A stretch of 64,000 nucleotides of DNA. Source: an uncultured cyanobacterium (lineage in GTDB: Bacteria > Cyanobacteriota > Cyanobacteriia > CAKZMO01). Position 1 is the first letter of the stretch, and the number at the start of each line of letters is the position of its first letter. A program made the position numbers and the translations under genes. The stretch spans positions 227,948 through 291,947 of the forward strand of contig CAVRCJ010000005.1 in NCBI GenBank assembly GCA_963719515.1, written 5' to 3'. Below the pieces are notes generated by a model. The model saw only the letters and a program-made list of their open reading frames with translations, did not search any database and was not told the DNA's origin. Shown here piece after piece: positions 51,151 to 61,400 of the stretch.

Positions 51151-51942
51151 TTACAATTCACATCGTAGCGCAACGGTATAGGATGGACGCTGGGACGCTT
51201 CGCGGCGGCTTTTTACCAGGCGAAAGTCGCGGTCAATGTAGAGATGCTCCAGCTGCGGCTGAGAGCGAAATACGGTTTCGAAGCGCTTCGCCGTGCGGGC
51301 ATCCATGCCGGTTAAGTTGGGCTCGCTGACGGGGTTGGGTCCGGTTTTACGCGTCTCGGATTTATCGGCCTCTGCGGTGGCGTGTGCGATCGCCTTAGCC
51401 GCCGCTTGGTCAAACCATCGCCGGGCTGCGCCACCGCTGAACGGCTGTGCTCCGAATCTCACCGCCTGCTCGATTCCCACGTTTTCAATTCGCCATCCGT
51501 CAGGACCGGCGTCGTAGGTCTGCAGAATCATTAGGTCTAGGCTGACGAGCCATCGAGACACCTGGCTAAGCAGGGGGAGGTCGTTGCCCGGCTTGTAGCG
51601 AGCGGAGTTGGCGTAGTAGCCGTTGTCGGCGAACACCTGGTAAGATTGCTCTCGCAGTCGTCCGGGCAGCATGTCCTGAAAGGGGATGGTGGACCACAGC
51701 GATCGCCAGGTGCCGAGGACCAAGGGCACCTGCTCAGCAGGGTCAGGGGTAGGGTTACGGCGGCCTAGCTCGTCGAATAGGGGGGAGAGCTGCTGGGCCA
51801 GCTTGGCCTTTTTGCCGATGGGGTCGGTGTCGGCCTTTTGCGTGAACCGAAGCAGGGTCTCCTTGAGGTCGTCGGTGCTGGCGCTAGCGAGGGCGGCGGG
51901 ATTGAGCTGATCTGAGGCGGCGGCTTGAGTCATGGCGGGCAA
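51151..51942 (-). CDS. PAP/fibrillin-like protein
   Basis: ELGRRNPTPDP...VLGTWRSLWST N-terminal motif and C-terminal HLYIDRDFR. Confidence 0.65.
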   Translation of the reverse strand: MPAMTQAAASDQLNPAALASASTDDLKETLLRFTQKADTDPIGKKAKLAQQLSPLFDELGRRNPTPDPAEQVPLVLGTWRSLWSTIPFQDMLPGRLREQSYQVFADNGYYANSARYKPGNDLPLLSQVSRWLVSLDLMILQTYDAGPDGWRIENVGIEQAVRFGAQPFSGGAARRWFDQAAAKAIAHATAEADKSETRKTGPNPVSEPNLTGMDARTAKRFETVFRSQPQLEHLYIDRDFRLVKSRREASQRPSYTVALRCEL

Positions 51943-52005
51943 TGAGCGGCGAATACTTCAGATTCTATCTCGCTATTTTAGCTACTAGACAGGAAGCCCC
52001 GCGCT

Positions 52006-52188
52006 CTACCCGTCAGGGTGAGCGTCGGGATGAGAGTCGCGGTCGTCGATGGGGCTCAATGCCCCGGAGACGGCCAAACTTCGGATGTACTCCCTAAGGA
52101 CATCGTTGATAGTTCTTTCGGTCATCTCACAATACTTGTCAAGATGCTGCTTTTCTCTGTCAGCGGCTCTAATAGTTATTTGCTGCAT
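52006..52188 (-). CDS. Ribbon-helix-helix (CopG-like) protein inside the IS
   Basis: QQITIR beta-strand, helix DREKQHLDKYC, turn, TINDVLREYIRSL helix; stop codon lies in the left-end hairpin. Confidence 0.75.
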   Translation of the reverse strand: MQQITIRAADREKQHLDKYCEMTERTINDVLREYIRSLAVSGALSPIDDRDSHPDAHPDG

Positions 52189-52221
52189 GTCGTTCTGATG
52201 TCAATATGCTATCATTATTGC

Positions 52222-53418
52222 ATGAAAGTCACTTATCAGTACAAGTTGCGTCCAGCGGCTGAGCAAACGGTTACCATGACCCGATGGCTAGACATGCTTC
52301 GGGCACAGTACAACTGGTTGCTGGCTGAGCGCTTCGACTGGTGGGAGATGAACCGCTGTTCGGTCAACGCCTGCCCACTCACCTGTAGCCTTGCGCCACT
52401 CAAAGATAATCCTAATTACTACAGCCAGAAGGCTAGCCTAGTACCTCTCAAGCGAGAGCGCCCCTGGTACAAAGATTTGCACTCACAAGCGCTTCAGGAG
52501 GTGACGAAGCAGGTAAAGCAGACGTTCGAGCGTTTCATCAAAGGTGATAAAAACGGTAAGCGTAGCGGCAAGCCTCGGTTCAAAGGCACGGGGCGCTACA
52601 GGACGTTCACGTTCCCTCAGATAAAACCTGACTGCATCGATGGAAGTCGTATTACCCTGCCTAAGATTGGTCAGGTGAAGCTAATCCTTCATCGCCCGAT
52701 ACCTGATGGGTTTACTGTCAAAACGGCCAAGGTGACTCGCAAAGCAGATGGTTGGTATGTGAGCCTGTTACTGGAAAACAATGCCGTTCCGATGCTTACT
52801 CCGGATGTCGATAGGGCTAAGTCTGTCGGTGTTGACGTTGGGCTGAAGGATTTCTTGGTTACCAGTGACGGTGAGAGCGTTCCTATCCCTCAGTTCTTTC
52901 GACGCTCAGAGCGGCAGCTATCCAAGCTGCAGCGGCAGCTATCGAGACAGAAGAAGGGCTCTAACCGCTGGCGTAAGCAGGTAAATCGCATCGCCAAACT
53001 ACACCTAAAGATATCGCGTCAGCGTCGTGATTTCTTTTCTAAGGTGTGGGATTGGCTGTTCTCAAAGTACGATGTTGTCGCTCATGAAAAGCTCAACATC
53101 AAAGGACTTGCTCGAACCAGACTGGCAAAGTCAATCGCTGATGCCGCATGGGGTACATTCTTGGAGATAGGCTCTTTCAAAGCCGCGAAAGCTGGAAAGA
53201 TGACCATCGCTGAGAACCCACGCGGAACCAGCATTGATTGCTCGGGTTGTGGTGAGCGGGTACCAAAGACGCTGGCCGATCGGGTCCATAGTTGCCCGTC
53301 ATGCGGCTTAACGATCTGTCGCGACCACAACGCGGCTATCAACCTATTGAATAGGGCTGTGGGACATCAAGCCCTTAATCTCTCAGGAAATGTCTCAGCG
53401 GTAGCTGGGAGTCACTGA
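52222..53418 (+). CDS. tnpB: RNA-guided endonuclease TnpB (398 aa)
   Basis: TYQYKLRP N-terminus, GKPRFKG, RuvC-I VGVDVGLK, RuvC-II VAHEKL, Zn finger CSGC/CPSC, RuvC-III RDHNAAINL. ATG at 52222 preferred to the track start. Confidence 0.95.
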   Translation: MKVTYQYKLRPAAEQTVTMTRWLDMLRAQYNWLLAERFDWWEMNRCSVNACPLTCSLAPLKDNPNYYSQKASLVPLKRERPWYKDLHSQALQEVTKQVKQTFERFIKGDKNGKRSGKPRFKGTGRYRTFTFPQIKPDCIDGSRITLPKIGQVKLILHRPIPDGFTVKTAKVTRKADGWYVSLLLENNAVPMLTPDVDRAKSVGVDVGLKDFLVTSDGESVPIPQFFRRSERQLSKLQRQLSRQKKGSNRWRKQVNRIAKLHLKISRQRRDFFSKVWDWLFSKYDVVAHEKLNIKGLARTRLAKSIADAAWGTFLEIGSFKAAKAGKMTIAENPRGTSIDCSGCGERVPKTLADRVHSCPSCGLTICRDHNAAINLLNRAVGHQALNLSGNVSAVAGSH

Positions 53419-53480
53419 GGAAGCCCGCGCTGTATGCGTAGCATCAGCGTCGGGAGGATGTCACTTCCGCTGCTGGGGAG
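53350..53480 (+). ncRNA. Predicted TnpB omegaRNA/reRNA (scaffold overlapping tnpB 3' end plus about 16-nt flank-derived guide)
   Basis: Stems AGGGCT/AGCCCT, TCTCAGC/GCTGGGA, CTCAG/CTGAG and the right-end hairpin; loop GACATC (53363-53368) complementary to GATGTC (53457-53462). 5' end unknown. Confidence 0.65.
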
Positions 53481-53518
53481 TGAACCGATTACCCATCTTG
53501 AAATGGGAGAATCTTGGT

Positions 53519-54361
53519 ATGGCACATCGACACCACCACACCGCGTCAGACGAAATTGAAGAACTCGTTCGCGGGACAGCCGGAGGCTTCCTGTTTGGCG
53601 TACCGCTGATTTACACCATGGAGGTTTGGTGGATCGGCTCCTCCGTATCCCCCCCTTTACTGCTGATCACCCTGGCGGCAACGGCAGTCGTAGTTTTCCT
53701 GGTGGCCCGCACCGAAGGGTTCCGCCATACCCGAAGCAGCGACGCCGTCGACGCGGCCATCGACACTATAGAGGCGATCGCCATTGGTCTGGTGTCAGCG
53801 GCGCTGATGCTGACGCTGCTGAGACAGATCAACATCGACACTGCTCTAGGAGAGGCGGTGGGTAAAATTATTTTTGAGAGCGTCCCCTTCGCCTTGGGGG
53901 TCACCCTGGCGAACCAGTTTTTAAAGGGCGACCAAGAAGAGGTGTCAGAGCCGGAAGACAATCTCAACGAGACCTTCGCAGACATCGGGGCCACCCTGAT
54001 TGGGGCATTAATCATCGCCTTCAACATCGCCCCCACCGCAGAGGTGCCCACCCTGGCGATCGCCGTAGGGTGGCCTCGGCTGCTGGTGCTGGTGGGGGTG
54101 TCGCTGCTGCTCTCCTACATGATTGTTTTTGGGGCCAGCCTGCGCAACCACGACAAGCGTCGACAGCAAACAGGCCTGTTCCAAGATCCGCTGAGCGAGA
54201 CGATTATGAGCTATCTGGTGTCACTGATGGCCGCAGCGCTGATGCTGGTGTTTTTTCACCAGCTTGACCTCAGCGATCCCTGGACGCTATGGCTGCGCTA
54301 CTCGCTATTGCTGGGGCTGCCGGCGGCTATCGGCGGCGCAGCGGGGCGGCTGGCCATATGA
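53519..54361 (+). CDS. TIGR02587-type integral membrane protein
   Basis: RGTAGGFLFGVPLIYTMEVWWIG, FNIAPTAEV, LGLPAAIGGAAGRLAI. Confidence 0.85.
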   Translation: MAHRHHHTASDEIEELVRGTAGGFLFGVPLIYTMEVWWIGSSVSPPLLLITLAATAVVVFLVARTEGFRHTRSSDAVDAAIDTIEAIAIGLVSAALMLTLLRQINIDTALGEAVGKIIFESVPFALGVTLANQFLKGDQEEVSEPEDNLNETFADIGATLIGALIIAFNIAPTAEVPTLAIAVGWPRLLVLVGVSLLLSYMIVFGASLRNHDKRRQQTGLFQDPLSETIMSYLVSLMAAALMLVFFHQLDLSDPWTLWLRYSLLLGLPAAIGGAAGRLAI

Positions 54362-54762
54362 GCCCAACTCAAAAGCCCTTCAGGCAGCGCTCCCAAGCAG
54401 AATGGATTAGCCTGGGCGTCAGCCTGCTGGTGTTGGGCAGCGTTGTAGGATTAGTCCTCTATAGCTGGGTAACAGGCAGAGAGCAGACGCCCCCTCACGT
54501 ATTGCTCTCTCCCGCCGAGGAGGTCAGGCAGCAGTCCGGGCAGTTTTACCTGCCGTTTTCCGTGACCAATAAGGGCGATCGCACGGCGGAGTCGGTGGAG
54601 GTGACGGCGGAGCTACTCCTGGGCGGGCGGGTGGTGGAGCGGGGAGAACAGCGGTTTGAGTTTCTCTCTAGCGGCGAGGTGCGGGAGGGGGCCTTTGTCT
54701 TTGGCCACGACCCACAGCGGGGAGAGGTCGTGATGCGAGTGTCGAGCTACAAACTACCGTAG
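54358..54762 (+). CDS. TIGR02588-type protein (partner of TIGR02587)
   Basis: ATGA overlap with the upstream stop; AEWISLGVS TM, FYLPFSVTNKGDRTAESV, FLSSGE, SYKLP. Confidence 0.85.
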   Translation: MSPTQKPFRQRSQAEWISLGVSLLVLGSVVGLVLYSWVTGREQTPPHVLLSPAEEVRQQSGQFYLPFSVTNKGDRTAESVEVTAELLLGGRVVERGEQRFEFLSSGEVREGAFVFGHDPQRGEVVMRVSSYKLP

Positions 54763-54771
54763 ACGGTGCCG

Positions 54772-57700
54772 CTACGGCACTAGGACCGCATTCGCGTCCG
54801 CAAGGGGAGCCGGTCTGCCGATGCCGTAGCCCTGCACGTAGTCCACGCCTAGCGCCTGCAGCTTACGCTGGGTTTCTAGATCTTCAACCCGCTCTGCAAT
54901 GGTTTCTAGCCCCATGGAGTGGGCAATTTTAGTGATGGCCTCCACAATCGACGTGCTGATTTCGTTGGTCAGTAGGTTGCGCACGAATGAGCCGTCGATC
55001 TTGACGTAGTTGACCGCGAGATGCTGCAGATAGCCAAACGACGACATGCCGCTGCCAAAATCATCTAGGGCAAACGAGCAGCCCAGTGCCTTAATTTCGT
55101 AGATAAATTCGCGAGCCTTATTGAGGTTCGACACCGCTACGGTTTCCGTAATTTCGAAGCACAGGGCCTCCGGAGAAATCGAGCCGCGCTCGATCTGCTG
55201 CTTGAGGAAGGGTAAGAACTGCTCGTCGTTGATGCTCGCACCAGAGAGATTGAGGGTGTAGAACCCAGTTTTAAACCCCCTTTGCGATAGAGACAGAGGA
55301 ACAGTAGCCTGAAGTTGTTTGATTTGAGAGAAAAACGCCTGAATCACCCAGCGATCGATAGCAGGCATGAGGCCGTAGCGCTCCGCCGCTGGGATGAAGG
55401 CCATGGGAGGGACAATGCCCGTCGCATCTACCAGACGCAGCAAAATTTCGTGGTGATGCATTACGCCGTCTAGGGTAAGCGCTGCCGGCGCGATAGGCTG
55501 CTGATAAAGCTGAAACTGATTTTCGTCCAGCGCTTGCTGAATACGGCCAATCCACTGCTGCTGGCTGCGCTGCTCTGAGAGCTGCTGATCGTCGGCCTGG
55601 TAGAGATAAATGCGGTTACGCCCCCGCTCCTTGGCGGCATAGCAGGCGGCGTCGGCGGCCCCCAAGGCATCCGCCAAGTTGCAAATCCTATCGTCAATCT
55701 CCACGACGCCAACGCTAACGCTGACCCCAAACGTCTTATCTTGCCAGACAAAGCGAAAGTCTTGGACCGCCTGCCGAATCAAATCCATCACCCGCCGTGC
55801 GTTTTCTAGGGAACATTTGTCGAGCAGGATGCCAAACTCATCTCCTCCCAAACGAGCGACGACGTCTGCGGCACGGACGTTTTGAATTAAGATAGTGCCC
55901 ACCTGCTGGAGCAGCTGATCTCCAGCCACATGGCCGCAGGTATCATTGACCACCTTAAACTGATCGAGGTCTAGAAAACAGAGAACGTGCTCTCTCGGAA
56001 AATCCTCAAGAGTTTCGCTCAGCTTTAGCTCAAAGTAGCGCCGGTTCTTTAAGCCGGTCAATTCGTCGTGGGAGGCCTGCCACGCCAGCTGCTGGGAGAG
56101 GGTACGTGACTCAGTGGCATCGTGGAACACCAAAACAACGCCGATTACGGTGCCGTCGTCATCCCTGATGGGAGCGGCTGAATCAACGATGCTGTACTCG
56201 TTACCGTCCTTATCGATTAGGGCTATGTCGTTGATTAAGCCAGCCGTTCGCCCCGTGCGCAGCACCTCATCTGCTGGCGTGCCAACCCGCTCACGAGTGC
56301 TCTCATCAACGATGTGGAACACTCGTGAGAGTGATGTCCCTTTGGCCTCGCACAACGGCCAGCCGGTCAGCCGTTCTGCCACTGGGTTGAGATAGGTAAT
56401 ATCTCCCCAAGCATCCGTGGTGATTACGGCATCGCCAATAGACTGCAGCGTAATTTGCGCCAGCTCCTTTTCCTTAGACAGCTCCCGCTCAATCCGCTTT
56501 TGCTCCGTAACGTTGATGGCAACGCCGCCCAGCGCGGTTTGCTCGCCCATCGTCGGGCAGGGAAACTTACAGATCATCCAGTCGTTGGGGGTGCCGTCCT
56601 GGGCGGGGATGGTTTCGAACAGCTGACTGGCTTTGCCGGTCTCTAAGACGGTCCTGTCGTGCTGCTGCACATGATGGGCTACGTCGGCGGGTAGCCAGTC
56701 CTCGTCGGTCTTGCCGAGTAAGCTCTGGCTCAGACCGGCGAACTGCTCAAACCGCTGATTGACGTAGGTGTAGCGTCCCGCAGCGTCTTTCATAAAGGTG
56801 ACCGCAAAGCTGTGGTCCATAAACGCCTTGAAGCGGGACTCACTGGCCTGGAGCTTCAGCTGCGCCTGTTTTTGAGGGGTAATGACTTCAGTGACCATGA
56901 GCAGGCCGCCAATGCGGCCTGACGGTTCATACCAAGGGCGCATCTCCCACTTCAGCCAGTCCGTCGATCCATCTTCCCGGACAAAGGCGTCTTGGTCGTT
57001 GCGCAGCACCTCGCCCCCCAAACAGGTTTGGTAGTTTGCCCGCCAGCGCTCTGGCATTCCGGGAAGGTCGTAGTGGTGTTTCCCGAGGAGGTTGCTGTTC
57101 TGCAGGCCATAATCTGTAACCCAGCGATCGCTATGAAAGAGGTAGCGCATCTGGGTGTCGAACATGGCCACTGCCGCAGGCATGTGCTTGACGAACTGCT
57201 GGAGCTGCACCTCGCGGTAGGTCACCTCAAGCTGAGCAGCATTGTACTCTTGCTGAAGCTGGCGCTGCTGGGTCACATCGCGAATAATCGCAACAAAGCC
57301 AATAGTTTGTCCGCTGCGGTCCTTAACCGGGGTGCTAACGGTTTCCCCGACGAAAACCGAGCCGTCCTTGCGCTGATATTGGAAGTCGTAGGGCTCAAAG
57401 GTTTCGCAGGCCAATCGATCGAACCAGAGCTTGCCCTGCACTTGGGCGTCGTAATCGCTGTGATAGAGCAGGCAGGTGGGCTTGCCCAAGAACATCTTCC
57501 GGGGTGTATCCAAACAGGATCGTCAGGGCCGAGCTGACCTTACGAATACAGCGATCGCGGTCAGCGAAGACGATGGCGCTGGGAAGCGCTTTAAACACAA
57601 TCTCCAGGTCTGTGAGCTGTCGCTGGAGCAGCTCTTCGGTATGCTGACGCTGGACGGCTTCGCGCTCTAGCCCTTTCTCAATCTCAATGCGGCGCTCAAT

Positions 57701-58132
57701 TTCTTTTTCCAGCTGCTGCTCTCGCTGCTTGAGCAGCTTGGTCATGCTCGCCTTTTCGAGGGTATGGTGAAGGGTGCGAACGAGCAGCTTGGGGGTTAGC
57801 TCCCACTTAGCCAGATAAGCCTGGGCTCCCACGCGGATTAGCTCTAGCGAGGTTTGGTTGTCGTCATTGCCCGTCATCACCACAATTGGCGTATCGACTG
57901 GGCATTCGAGGAATGACCGCAGCGTGTCGATCCCTTCGCTGTCGGGAAGATCTAGATCGAGCAGAATGATGTCGAACACAGACTGGTTCACCGCAGCGAT
58001 CGCCCCTTTTAAGGTGTCTGTCGACTGAATTTTGAACTCTGTTTTCGAAGGCGACTTTAGATAGCGATAGATAACTTGAATATCGATTTCGTTATCGTCA
58101 ACCGCTAACACTCGAATTGTTTGGTAGACCAT
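54772..58132 (-). CDS. REC-PAS(x4)-GGDEF-EAL c-di-GMP signalling protein; apparent 1-nt insertion near 57486
   Basis: REC (VDDN, LLDLDLPD) in ORF 57395-58132; PAS repeats, RLGGDEF, EILLR and DDFGSG in ORF 54772-57513. Removing one G from CTTGGGCAAG gives GYTPEDVLGKPTCLLY and about 1119 aa. Confidence 0.88.
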
Positions 58133-58457
58133 ACCAATAGCTCAACATAACCCGTGACAGCTCTCACTAGGTTGGGCCGACTTGTGGGCAATCTATCTTG
58201 CCAAAACTACCGATTTCTCAAACCCAAACCACGCTAAGCCTGTAAGATTGCGGGTCTGTTCCTTAGCTTTTCTATCCGGACGCAGGGCCGTTTCTTCGCA
58301 GAAAACTGTTATTTCAGTAAAACTACTTACGCTGGGGCATATTCCGCTGGGCATATGTAGGTCGGTCACATGACGTTGCGATCGCTAATCCAATAACTCG
58401 ACCTGATTAGCAGAGTCGCCCTATTTATTCCACCATCAGCATCTACTTTTTACAGCC

Positions 58458-61400
58458 ATGAACTTACGCGATCGCACGCCTCATCAAGGCGCTGAGCTTT
58501 TCTGCTTGCCTGCTCAAAACAGCGCTTCTCAAGTCGCTGCACCGGCAGGCTCCTCGCTGAACATTCAGCCATCTGTGCTTGTCGTTGTTGATTCTGCTGT
58601 AGAAGATTACGGCGCACTGCTGGCTGGCGTGAGCGCTGAGGCCCGGGTAGCAGTGCTAAATCGCGATCGCGATGGTGTGGCGCAAATTACGGCACTGCTG
58701 CGATCGCGGCCTGAAGTGGACGAGCTGCACATTGTATCCCACGGGTCACCTGGAACACTTTATCTGGGCAATGGAACGCTGAGCCTATCGACCCTCGATC
58801 AATACACACCGCAGCTCGGCTCGTGGTTTTCGGGGTTTCGCGACACGAGTTCCATCGCTGCTGCTCTATGGCTGCAGCGTTGCGGCGGACGACGCCGGGG
58901 AAGAATTTGTCGCTAAGCTCCATCAGCTCACCGGAGCAGATATTGCAGCGTCCTCCAGCCTTACCGGCCATGCGGCTCGCGGCGGCAGCTGGAACTTGGA
59001 CGTGGTGCTGGGCGGGCAGACCCCGGCGCTGGCGATCGCTCCTGAAGTAAGGGAGGCCTATAGCGGCGTGCTGGCCAGCCTCAGCTTTCAAGGTCCCGTG
59101 CTTGAAGGGGGGAGCGCTCTACAAGCAGGTGCGGTCTATCGCTACGTTGGCGTCGCGGCTGGGCTTGATGCCCTAGTGACCGTGGAAGCTATCAACGGCG
59201 GCGCTATCTTAAGCAATATTGATGTGACAACCTTCGGCGACCTCAGCGCCTTTCAACCTGAGATCGGTGGTCCTGACGGCGCTAGCGTCGACTTTTCCAT
59301 TGCCTTTGTTCAAACTGGAACCACCACGCCCACCGTTTCCCCTGACTTTTTAGCGTCTTGGGTTGACCTTGACGGCAACCCAACCTATCAAGAGTTCGGC
59401 CAGTTTAGCGATTTTGTCAGCTATACCTTCGAGTCGGGGACGGCGCTAACAATTTCCGGCACAGGGACCACACGGCAGTTTGTCGGGGCGGATTTTACGA
59501 TCAATGGCATCAGCACCAATGATACTCAGGTCATGGCATCGGCAGTTTATACCGGTGTCACCACGTTCAATTTTCGAGCAGGGATCAGCGGCGGCGCTTC
59601 GCTGGCTCAGCGGCTATTCTCCCTCAGCTTTGATGACGCACTCGTCAACAACTACGCCAACCCGGTAACCGTTGTCGTCAACACGCCACCCACCGCTGGA
59701 GACGACACTGCGACGACCCCGAGCGATGCGGCAGTCAATATCGCGATCGCAGGCAACGACACCGACGCTGAAGATGGCGTTCCGGCAGGAGAAATTTCTT
59801 TCTTGGTGGGGGAACCTGCTGTAGTCGATAGTCCTGTCACATTAGCTTCCGGTGCGGTGGTCACCCTCCGAGCAGATCGCACGGTTGACTATGACCCCAG
59901 CGGAGCCTTTGATGCCCTAGCCGCCGGACAGTCCACCACAGATAGCTTTACCTACACCATTGCCGATAGTGATGGCATCAATGCAACGGCGACAACAACC
60001 GTGTCCGTCAGCGGTGTCAACGATGCTCCGGTCGCGGGCAATACCGCCATCACCGTGGATGAGGAAAGCACCGGCACCCTCCTGGGCATTCCGGACCCTA
60101 TCGATGTTGATGGCGATGCATTGACGGTAACTATCACCGGACTGCCGACTCTCGGTACGGTCACTCTCGCTGACGGTACGCCTGTCGCCAATGGCACGAC
60201 GCTTACCCCAGCTGAGCTGACCAGCCTGCTATACGACGCCCCTGCCGACTACGATGGCGTGGCCGACCCTGGAAACTTCACCTATGAGGTCACCGACGGC
60301 ACGGAGACGGTCACGGGCACTGCTGCCATCGCCGTCAACCCGGTAAACGACCCCCCTGTTGCCGCTGACGACACCTACAGCACCACTGAAGGCGCAGCGC
60401 TGGTTGTGGATGCTAACGCAGGTGTCCTCAACAGTGGGGTAGACATCGATGGGGATGGCGACACCCTCAGCGTCACCGCCGCAACCCTAACCACGGCTCA
60501 AGGGGGCACGGTAGTACTCAATGCCGATGGTGGCTTCACCTATACCCCAGTGGCAGGCTACGTCGGTCCCGACAGCTTTGACTACGACGTTATCGACGGC
60601 AACGGCGGCAGCGATATCGGTACGGTTACCCTCACGGTAGACCCCGACGCCGATGGCGATCGCATCTCGGATGCGGTGGACTTGGACGACGACAACGACG
60701 GCATTGTCGACACCGTGGAGCAAAACGGTGACCCAGCGCTCGACACTGACGGTGATGGCTTAATCGATAGCCTAGATCTCGACGCCGACAATGACGGCAT
60801 TCCCGACCTAGTGGAAGGCCAGCCCACGGCAGACTACACCATCCCTACGGGCACCGACGCCGATGACGACGGCCTCGACGACGCCTTCGACCCGGATCAG
60901 GGCGGAGAGGCGATCGTCCCCGTCAACACCGACGGCGTTGACGCCCCCGACTACCAAGACCTCGACAGCGACAGCGACGGCACCCCCGACGCCCAGGAGA
61001 GCGGCGACGGCGACGCGCCCACGGGCTTGGACAATGACGGTGACGGCCTTGACGACGCCTTTGACGATGTAGCTGGCCCTGACGCCACCGATGGGGTAAA
61101 CGACCCAGCCCTCGACCTGCCCAATGCAGACGGCACGGGCGATGTGGACTACCGCGATGCGCCCCCCTCCGGCGTCATTATCAATGAGTGGTCCCAGGGC
61201 ACTGACGGCGGTAAAGAGTGGGTGGAATTCCTGGTGGTGGGGGATGGTACTGGCCCCACGGTCAACCTGCAAAACGCGGTGTTGGCCGACACGAACCGGG
61301 GCATGGCGCGGCTGCAGCTCTCTGGACCGGGCTTTGCCACTATTCCGGTGGGCACCTATTTGGTGATCTACAACGGCAACGACCCCGACGATGGATTGGC

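Larger units (their letters stand above)
51991..53464 (+). mobile_element. IS200/IS605-family element lacking tnpA (IS1341-like): left-end hairpin, RHH gene, tnpB, right-end hairpin ending TCAC
   Basis: Related end motifs AGGAAGCCC(C)GCGCT...AGCGTCGGGA starting at 51991 and 53418; right end GATGTCAC at 53457-53464; exact left boundary not determined. Confidence 0.85.

Noticed and set aside
52018..52221. 68-aa N-terminal extension of TnpB in the ORF track
   Set aside because: It overlaps the left-end hairpin and the antisense RHH gene; TnpB homology begins at MKVTYQYKL (52222).
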